Shown: piece after piece, positions 1-4,824 of the stretch
Layout: the number at the start of each line of letters is the position of its first letter
Position numbering within the stretch: position 1 is the first letter of the stretch
Assembly: GCA_964480435.1 (NCBI GenBank)
Contig: CAYZSS010000027.1
Span: forward strand, 1 to 9,178
Direction: 5' to 3'
DNA length: 9,178 bases
DNA from: an uncultured archaeon
Lineage (GTDB): Archaea > Iainarchaeota > Iainarchaeia > Iainarchaeales > 0-14-0-20-30-16
Program-made: the position numbers and the translations under genes
Notes under the pieces: model-generated
The model's database searches: none
Seen by the model: only the letters and a program-made list of their open reading frames with translations
Told to the model about the DNA's origin: nothing

Positions 1-7
1 TAAGACT

Positions 8-709
8 ATGTATGAATCACATAAATTGAGCCAAAATAATAACTGGTGGTTTCAGGGTCGTAAAGATATAGTTGAATCGTTATTAGATAAGCAATTAAAA
101 AATAAAAAAAAACTAAAAATATTAGAAATCGGGTCTGGCTACGGGGTAATGGCTCAATTACTAAAAAAGTATGGCTCTGTTGAATGTATAGAACCATATC
201 CTGATGCTACAAAACACATAAAGAATAAGTTAAAACTTAAGGTGCATACTTGTACATTTGATGAGTTTAAAACAAATAATAAATATGATGTAATCGCGTT
301 ATTTGATGTTTTAGAACACATGAAAGAAGATAAAAAAGCAATAAAAAGAATATTGTCTTTGCTAACAAAAAATGGGGCTTTAGTCATGTCGGTTCCTGCG
401 TATAAATTTCTTTGGAGTGCGCATGATGATATAAATAACCATTTTAGAAGGTATACTAAAAAAGGGCTAAAATCTCTTTTGGCAGAACAATTTATTATAA
501 AAAAATTAACATATTTCAATACTTTTTTGTTTCCTTTGGCAATCTTGGATAAGCTGATAATGTCAAAAAATAAAAAAACTCAGGGCTTAAATCAAAAACC
601 GTGGATAAATAATATTCTTTACAGTATTTTTAGAACAGAAAGAAAAACATTAAAATACCTGTCATTCCCTTTTGGGGTGAGTTTATTTGTTTTTGCTAAA
701 AGAATTTAA
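8..709 (+). CDS. Class I SAM-dependent methyltransferase
   Basis: The 233-aa ORF starts at ATG 8, just after an in-window TAA (1-3). It has motif I ILEIGSGYG (E/DxGxGxG), an acidic post-I residue (ECIEP), motif II YDVIALFDVLEHM and motif III NGALVMSVP. The N-terminal WWFQGR segment is typical of methyltransferases encoded in glycan clusters. Confidence 0.8.
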   Translation: MYESHKLSQNNNWWFQGRKDIVESLLDKQLKNKKKLKILEIGSGYGVMAQLLKKYGSVECIEPYPDATKHIKNKLKLKVHTCTFDEFKTNNKYDVIALFDVLEHMKEDKKAIKRILSLLTKNGALVMSVPAYKFLWSAHDDINNHFRRYTKKGLKSLLAEQFIIKKLTYFNTFLFPLAILDKLIMSKNKKTQGLNQKPWINNILYSIFRTERKTLKYLSFPFGVSLFVFAKRI

Positions 710-711
710 AA

Positions 712-724
712 ACATATAAAAAGG
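712..724 (+). promoter_or_regulatory. Candidate archaeal TATA-like box (ACATATAAAAAGG) upstream of the GT-C gene
   Basis: An A/T-rich TATA-like element lies about 40-50 nt upstream of ATG 765. It overlaps a 7-bp hairpin, AAAGGTA-TCT-TACCTTT (720-736). It sits too close to the TTG at 735 to serve that start, which favours ATG 765. Confidence 0.3.
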
Positions 725-764
725 TATCTTACCTTTGTATACTGTTGTTTGTTATAGTGGTTTG

Positions 765-2219
765 ATGAATAAGTTTATAGGCTCTTTTTTAAATTCTTGG
801 AACAAATATTGGTATTTTTATATTCTTGGTTTGGCAGTCTTATTTTTTTTAATATATTTTGTGTTTTACCTTAATTGGGGTTATGGCTGGGATGAGTCAG
901 TATATTTAGTGCATACGGATATCTTTTTAGGACGGCAATCAATCTTTAATGAACTTGCATTTCGGCCTATAACAATATCATTATTTATTATCCCTTTTTA
1001 TCTCATTTCTAAAAATATTGCATTTTTACATGTTGTTATGTTATTCTGTTTTTGTTTTGCAATGTTTTTGCTATTTGTGCTACTTAAAAAACTATTTAAT
1101 TCTAAAGTGGCCTCTGTGATGGTGGCGCTATTTTGTATTTCGCCACTTATTCTTTCAACTTGTCAATTTGTTTTGACTGATATATTTGTATTTGTATTTA
1201 TAATTCCTGCAATTTATTTTTCCTATCTATTTTATGATTCTAAAAAAAGCAAGTTTATTATTTTTGCTAGTATTTTATTTGCTTTGGCTTTTTTAACAAG
1301 ATTTCTTTGTGGCATTTTTATATTAGTTATTTTATTGGTAATTCTTTTAGATTTTAGATTTAAATGGCTGGATATAAAACTATTTTGTTATAGGGTATTT
1401 TTGTGCATAATTACTTTTGTGGTTATTATTTCCCCATATTTTATATTTGTAAAGTTGAGGTTTGGTGATTTTTTACATACTATTGTGGCAGGACGTTTAT
1501 TGGTGAATTTTTATGATGCTCCATGGTATGTGTATATAACTAATATTATTACTCTTTGGCCAGTTTTTTTGATTTTTGGGCTTGTGGGGGTATATTATTT
1601 GTATAAATCTAAATTTTTTATGGCCTTTAATGACAAACTTAAAAATTATAATTTGGAAAAATTTGTATTTGTTTTGTTTATAGTGTTTATCTTGCAGTTT
1701 ATTTATTTAGGAATTACTCCACACAAAGAACCAAGATATACAATTTCGTTAATTTTGCCTTTTTCAATTGTTGGGGCTTATGGCTGCTATAAATTCTTAG
1801 CTTTTTTAAAAGTTCAGTCGCAAAGAAAAATCGTACTATTAAAGAAGTTGTTGTTATTTTGTTTTGGATTAGCTATTGTTCTGGGGTCTGTTGTTTTTAT
1901 AACATTTTGTGTAAAATACCCCACTGATAATTTTAATGTTGGAATGAAGCCTATAGATTACTTACAAAATAATGATTTTAATGGCAAATTATATGTTAAT
2001 TCTGATGTGCCACAGTACTTTTATTTGTTTAATAATAATGAAGTAATAAATCTATATTATTATAATTTAAATAATTTGAATTATAAGGTTTTATTTGATG
2101 AGCAAGGAATTTTTGTTTATAACACCTATAACGTTATGGATTTAAATAATCTGCCAGTTACCTTGGTGCCGATTAAAGAAATTTTTCCCTATATTATATA
2201 TGATGTAAAAATAAATTAA
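765..2219 (+). CDS. GT-C fold integral-membrane glycosyltransferase (GT39/GT83-like, ArnT/PMT type)
   Basis: The polytopic, very hydrophobic ORF has more than 10 predicted TM segments. Its first extracytoplasmic loop carries WGYGWDESVY, the DExxY-type acidic motif of ArnT/PMT-family enzymes. The Asn/Tyr-rich soluble C-terminal domain is about 90 aa. The ORF track begins at a TTG (735); I prefer the first ATG (765, MNKFIGSF...). The stop is TAA at 2217-2219. Confidence 0.7.
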   Translation: MNKFIGSFLNSWNKYWYFYILGLAVLFFLIYFVFYLNWGYGWDESVYLVHTDIFLGRQSIFNELAFRPITISLFIIPFYLISKNIAFLHVVMLFCFCFAMFLLFVLLKKLFNSKVASVMVALFCISPLILSTCQFVLTDIFVFVFIIPAIYFSYLFYDSKKSKFIIFASILFALAFLTRFLCGIFILVILLVILLDFRFKWLDIKLFCYRVFLCIITFVVIISPYFIFVKLRFGDFLHTIVAGRLLVNFYDAPWYVYITNIITLWPVFLIFGLVGVYYLYKSKFFMAFNDKLKNYNLEKFVFVLFIVFILQFIYLGITPHKEPRYTISLILPFSIVGAYGCYKFLAFLKVQSQRKIVLLKKLLLFCFGLAIVLGSVVFITFCVKYPTDNFNVGMKPIDYLQNNDFNGKLYVNSDVPQYFYLFNNNEVINLYYYNLNNLNYKVLFDEQGIFVYNTYNVMDLNNLPVTLVPIKEIFPYIIYDVKIN

Positions 2220-2220
2220 T

Positions 2221-3573
2221 GTGTATTTTGCTGTGCTTTTTTGTTTAGGGGTTCATTTCCAAACAAATAAAAACCAATCTGTTCAAGAATATATACTTAC
2301 TAGTGATCCTATGCATTTAGATTATATTTTGTTATTTTCGGTTGGGCTTTTGCTTTTTTTTATGTTACTTTATTTTTTTGCCTATCTGGATGCAAGAGGT
2401 AGAAAAGATCCTAAGCCAAAAAAGTATCCGGGTATTTCTATTATTGTGCCTATTTGGAATGAAGAAGACACTATTAAAGAAACGCTTGGTTGTTTGGTTA
2501 ATATTAAGAAGAAATATGCGGGTGATTTTGAAGTAATTGTTGTGGATGATAATTCTACTGATAATAGTTATAGTCTTACAAAAGAACTGGCAAATAAATA
2601 TAAGTTTATTAAATTGGTTACTAAAAAAGGAAAGAAAGGAAAAGCGGAAAGTTTTAATGAAGCCACAAAAATTGCAAAGTATGAACTAGTGGCTTGTGTT
2701 GATGCGGATGCGTTCCCTGAAGAAAAGTCTTTGGAATATATTGTAGGTTATTTTGCTGATGAAAAAGTAGGGGCAGTGACAACAAAAATGGTTGTTAAAG
2801 ACCCAAAAAAGCTTGTAGAATGGTTTCAGCATATTGAATATCTTTTTTCAAACTTTTTGTTATCTGCTTATGGACACTTGGAATCTATTTATGTTACAAA
2901 AGGTCCTTTAAGTGTGTATAGAAAAAGGGTATTGAAAAAAATTGGAGGGTTTAAAGGAATAGATATAACCCCTACTGAGGATATGGAGATAACTTTTAGA
3001 ATTAGAAAAGCGGGCTATACTATAAAAAATTCAATTGATGCAAAAGTATCAACAAGAGTTATGCCTACTTGGAAAAAATTATTTTGGCAAAGAGTGAGAT
3101 GGAATAGGGGTTCATTAATTAATTTCACAAAGCATAGAGATATGATGTTTGATAGACAATATGGCTTTTTTTCTATGGTGATGATGCCAATAATTACAAT
3201 AACAATAAGTATGCTTGCTATTGTCATTTATTATTTAATATTTAATTTAATTAATATCTTGGTTAATTTTTTTGTTAAGATGTATTGGTATGCTTATTTG
3301 AAAATAATTCCTAATCCTTTTATTGCATTACAAAGGTATTTTGAAATTAATTTTGCATATGTTGTATCTTATTTAATAGTTATCATCGCCTTTGCAGGAT
3401 TGGTGTGGATAATTACATATGCTGTTGGGTTTTATGAAAGCAAGGAAAAGTTAAAAATAAAACATATAATTATATTGATATTAACGCCCATAATATATAC
3501 TCCTGCACAAATAATATTTTGGGTTTCTGCAATTATTTTGCAGTTGACTAAATATAAATCTAGGTGGAGATAA
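2221..3573 (+). CDS. Family 2 glycosyltransferase with processive-synthase signature (PgaC/IcaA/NodC/CesA-like)
   Basis: An N-terminal TM is followed by YPGISIIVPIWNEEDTI, VVDDNSTD, the DxD motif ACVDADA, TEDME and QRVRW (nt 3088-3102), then about 4 C-terminal TM helices. The start is uncertain. GTG 2221 lies 1 nt after the upstream stop. ATG 2311 (MHLDY...) is preceded by GTGATC, which matches the AGGAGGTGATC Shine-Dalgarno (SD) complement, and by a TATA-like AATATATAC. Confidence 0.85.
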   Translation: MYFAVLFCLGVHFQTNKNQSVQEYILTSDPMHLDYILLFSVGLLLFFMLLYFFAYLDARGRKDPKPKKYPGISIIVPIWNEEDTIKETLGCLVNIKKKYAGDFEVIVVDDNSTDNSYSLTKELANKYKFIKLVTKKGKKGKAESFNEATKIAKYELVACVDADAFPEEKSLEYIVGYFADEKVGAVTTKMVVKDPKKLVEWFQHIEYLFSNFLLSAYGHLESIYVTKGPLSVYRKRVLKKIGGFKGIDITPTEDMEITFRIRKAGYTIKNSIDAKVSTRVMPTWKKLFWQRVRWNRGSLINFTKHRDMMFDRQYGFFSMVMMPIITITISMLAIVIYYLIFNLINILVNFFVKMYWYAYLKIIPNPFIALQRYFEINFAYVVSYLIVIIAFAGLVWIITYAVGFYESKEKLKIKHIIILILTPIIYTPAQIIFWVSAIILQLTKYKSRWR

Positions 3574-3574
3574 C

Positions 3575-4249
3575 ATGAATGATTCAAATAAAAAACTTTT
3601 GTTTAAGGCTTTGTCGGCTACTCTGGCTATAATGTTTTTATCTTTACTTTTTGCTAATTTAATTTATGATTGGAAAAAATCCAATATGGACGCGGACATT
3701 TTAGAGATTTATAATAAGAGCCTAGATTTAAAGATTACAAATAATTTTTTTGATTCTGTGTCTGTTGATAATAACTCTTGTGATTTAATAGAAACACAAC
3801 TTACTGGTGTTGCGGATCTTTTGTATGATATTGGAAAAAAAGTAAATCTTGCTTCAGAAGATAAATCAAATGTAAGTGATTTAATAGCATTGCAAAAACA
3901 ATATGTTTATAATAATCTAGAATTGTGGTTAAGACTAAGAAAAGAAAATAGTCTTTGTCCACAATATAGAAGAAATTACATTATGTATTTATATCCTTAT
4001 AATTGTAATGAATGTGCCCCTTTAGAAACAGCAATACGTGATGCTAAAGATAAATATGGGGATGAATTGTGGATTTTTAGTATTCCTAAGGAAATAAATA
4101 TAAAATCCGTAGATGCAATTGTGGATTATTATGGTGTTAATTATATCCCTGCTGTGATTATAAATGATAAAGTAATTTATGAGCAAGACATAATTAATAA
4201 TCTTGATATGTATATGTTTGACTATAATGGTGAAGGAACAATAGAATAA
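3575..4249 (+). CDS. Membrane-anchored extracytoplasmic thioredoxin-fold protein (CxxC = CNEC)
   Basis: The SD sequence GGTGGAG lies 7 nt upstream, and the ATG is 1 nt after the GT2 stop. An N-terminal signal-anchor (LLFKALSATLAIMFLSLLFANLI) is followed by a helical linker. The C-terminal ~90 aa follow thioredoxin topology: beta strand YIMYLY, then C144-N-E-C147 (nt 4004-4015), helix APLETAIRDAKDKYG, strand LWIFSIP, helix VDAIVDYYGV, and a putative cis-Pro I-P192-AVII (nt 4148-4150) before KVIYE. There are two further Cys residues (69, 128). The CDS itself is confident; the fold call rests on pattern only. Confidence 0.55.
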   Translation: MNDSNKKLLFKALSATLAIMFLSLLFANLIYDWKKSNMDADILEIYNKSLDLKITNNFFDSVSVDNNSCDLIETQLTGVADLLYDIGKKVNLASEDKSNVSDLIALQKQYVYNNLELWLRLRKENSLCPQYRRNYIMYLYPYNCNECAPLETAIRDAKDKYGDELWIFSIPKEINIKSVDAIVDYYGVNYIPAVIINDKVIYEQDIINNLDMYMFDYNGEGTIE

Positions 4250-4322
4250 TATATAAAAATATCCATCCCATAATTCAAAAGAATTCTTCTTTTTGTAACT
4301 AAGAAGTATTTTGCCTTTTCAA

Positions 4323-4352
4323 TAAGCCAATTTGCTTTTAGCAAATTGCTTA
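4323..4352. other. Imperfect 12-bp hairpin in the intergenic region (function unknown)
   Basis: TAAG-(C bulge)-CAATTTGC / TTTTA loop / GCAAATTG-CTTA. The 8-bp core is a perfect inverted repeat. It lies 74 nt downstream of the 4249 stop, and no T-tract follows it directly. Confidence 0.4.
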
Positions 4353-4464
4353 AGGACCTAAAGAAGCTTTTGTTAATGCAAAAGGTTCTTTTTGTTTCTA
4401 AAAAATCTAGAATGAATATCCCAAACCTTTAGTTTGTGGATATGGTCTGTTTTTGGCAGACTGT

Positions 4465-4484
4465 GCCTTTTTTTCTAAAAAGGC
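4465..4484. repeat. Palindrome GCCTTTTT-TTCT-AAAAAGGC (copy 1 of a T-run/A-run hairpin family)
   Basis: A perfect 8-bp inverted repeat with a 4-nt spacer ends 4 nt before the tRNA 5' end. Related copies lie at 4654-4670 and 4724-4738, and the core TTTCTAAAAA also occurs at 4395-4405. Confidence 0.6.
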
Positions 4485-4488
4485 TAGG

Positions 4489-4621
4489 GCCAAGGTAGCT
4501 CAGTTGGTTGGAGCGCCAGACTCATAACGTTTAGTTATGAATGATGAGTATCTTCTAGGTACGGTGATTTTCCATGTCGTGAGACATCTGGAGGTCGGGA
4601 GTCCAAGTCTCCCCCTTGGCA
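4489..4621 (+). tRNA. tRNA-Met: Intron-containing tRNA with anticodon CAU (elongator tRNA-Met most likely; tRNA-Ile2 not excluded)
   Basis: The cloverleaf was folded by hand. Acceptor stem: GCCAAGG (4489-4495) pairs with CCTTGGC (4614-4620). Discriminator is A4621 and no CCA is encoded. U8 and A9 are present. D stem: GCTC/GAGC, with the D loop AGTTGGTTG. Anticodon stem: CCAGA (4516-4520) pairs with TCTGG (4587-4591). The anticodon CAT is at 4523-4525. The variable loop is AGGTC. T stem: GGGAG/CTCCC. The mature length is 74 nt once the 59-nt intron is removed. It is not an initiator, because it has G1:C72 and lacks the three G:C pairs in the anticodon stem. Confidence 0.9.
4527..4585 (+). other. 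Archaeal-type tRNA intron (59 nt) at canonical position 37/38 with a BHB splice motif
   Basis: The central 4-bp helix pairs C32-U33-C34-A35 (4521-4524) with UGAG (4580-4583). The 5' bulge is U36-A37|A (4525-4527). The 3' bulge is A-C|A38 (4584-4586). The outer helix is only 2 bp (C4528:G4579, G4529:C4578). Both cut sites fall after the second bulge nucleotide, as expected for the archaeal splicing endonuclease. Confidence 0.8.
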
Positions 4622-4625
4622 TAAA

Positions 4626-4645
4626 GGGGCTTTATGCCCCATTTT
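4626..4645 (+). terminator. GC hairpin plus T-tract just downstream of the tRNA (candidate terminator)
   Basis: GGGGC-TTTAT-GCCCC is followed by ATTTT. A GC-only stem stands out in this AT-rich sequence, and oligo-T tracts are archaeal termination signals. Confidence 0.4.
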
Positions 4646-4653
4646 CGCAACTT

Positions 4654-4670
4654 GCCTTTTTCTAAAAGGC
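4654..4670. repeat. Palindrome GCCTTTT-TCT-AAAAGGC (copy 2)
   Basis: A perfect 7-bp inverted repeat with the same motif as 4465-4484. Confidence 0.6.
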
Positions 4671-4693
4671 AGGGGCTTCATGCCCCTTATTTC
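4671..4693 (+). terminator. Second GC hairpin plus T-rich tail (duplicate of 4626-4645)
   Basis: AGGGGC-TTCAT-GCCCCT forms a 6-bp stem and is followed by TATTTC. Confidence 0.35.
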
Positions 4694-4723
4694 AAAATGG
4701 GTATTTGTACATTTTGCAACTTA

Positions 4724-4738
4724 TCTTTTTTTAAAAGA
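4724..4738. repeat. Degenerate palindrome TCTTTT-TTT-AAAAGA (copy 3)
   Basis: A 6-bp inverted repeat occupies the same position in tandem unit 2 as 4654-4670 does in unit 1. Confidence 0.45.
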
Positions 4739-4741
4739 CAG

Positions 4742-4770
4742 CAAGTTCCCCCCTTGGCATCTATTTTTTT
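4742..4770 (+). repeat. Partial duplicate of the tRNA 3' end (CAAGT..CCCCCTTGGCAT) followed by a T7 tract
   Basis: CCCCCTTGGCAT at 4749-4760 is identical to 4611-4622, which covers the end of the T stem, the 3' acceptor strand, the discriminator and one more nucleotide. The similarity extends upstream through CAAGT (4742-4746 vs 4604-4608), giving 17 of 19 matches over CAAGT..TTGGCAT. TTTTTTT at 4764-4770 follows. No T-arm 5' strand lies upstream, so this is not a functional tRNA. Confidence 0.7.
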
Positions 4771-4797
4771 ATAGAAAACCCCCCCACAACCGTAAGC

Positions 4798-4824
4798 TAT
4801 TTAAATTATAAAATTGTATATATA
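4798..4824 (+). promoter_or_regulatory. Candidate TATA elements for the surface-protein/ABC operon
   Basis: TATTTAAATTATAAAA (4798-4813) would place a transcription start near 4830, giving a short leader that contains the GGGGG SD. TATATATA (4817-4824) would place the start near ATG 4845, giving a leaderless transcript. The sequence alone cannot decide between them. Confidence 0.35.

Noticed and set aside
6-519. Antisense ORFs 6..197(-) and 154..519(-) opposite the methyltransferase gene
   Set aside because: They lie wholly inside a + strand ORF that has clear SAM-methyltransferase motifs. Their translations are low-complexity Phe/Leu/Ile/Tyr-rich strings, typical of the reverse strand of AT-rich coding DNA, and they have no recognisable motifs or start context.
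2219-2221. ATG overlapping the GT-C stop (TAATG) as a coupled start for the GT2 gene
   Set aside because: That ATG is in a different frame and hits TAG after 9 codons (ATG TGT ATT TTG CTG TGC TTT TTT GTT TAG). The in-frame candidate starts are GTG 2221 and ATG 2311.
2342-2536. Overlapping + strand ORF (64 aa) in another frame within the GT2 gene
   Set aside because: It is embedded in the region encoding the conserved GT2 N-terminal motifs (ISIIVPIWNEE), and its translation is hydrophobic nonsense with no independent support.
3015-3227. Antisense ORF (70 aa) opposite the GT2 QxxRW region
   Set aside because: It sits opposite the most conserved part of the GT2 gene and has no motifs or SD, so it is a chance open frame.
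4376-4432. Mini-ORF MQKVLFVSKKSRMNIPNL (18 codons) in the intergenic island
   Set aside because: It has no SD and no recognisable peptide features. An ORF this short is expected by chance, and this one overlaps one of the repeat motifs.
4579-4582. GUGA near the intron 3' end as box D pairing with the AUGAUGA box C
   Set aside because: U4580, G4581 and A4582 are needed for the central 4-bp helix of the BHB (UGAG 4580-4583 pairs with C32-A35) and G4579 pairs with C4528 in the outer helix. Only 8 nt separate it from the putative C' sequence, which is too short for a guide.
4489-4621. Initiator tRNA-Met identity
   Set aside because: Archaeal initiators have an A1:U72 pair and three consecutive G:C pairs at the base of the anticodon stem. 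This tRNA has G1:C72 and a CCAGA/TCTGG stem. Elongator Met and Ile2(CAU) cannot be told apart by eye.
4394-4741. CRISPR array
   Set aside because: There are only 3-4 short (15-20 nt) A/T-rich palindromes with irregular spacing (about 60, 170 and 55 nt). One of the gaps contains a tRNA, there are no uniform spacers, and no cas genes are present.
4742-4760. Second tRNA 3' end as a split-tRNA half (Nanoarchaeum-style) or a second tRNA gene
   Set aside because: There is no complementary T-stem 5' strand (GGGGA/GGGAG), T-loop or anticodon arm upstream. There is also no GC-rich leader that could pair with a 5' half. It is better explained as a partial duplication.
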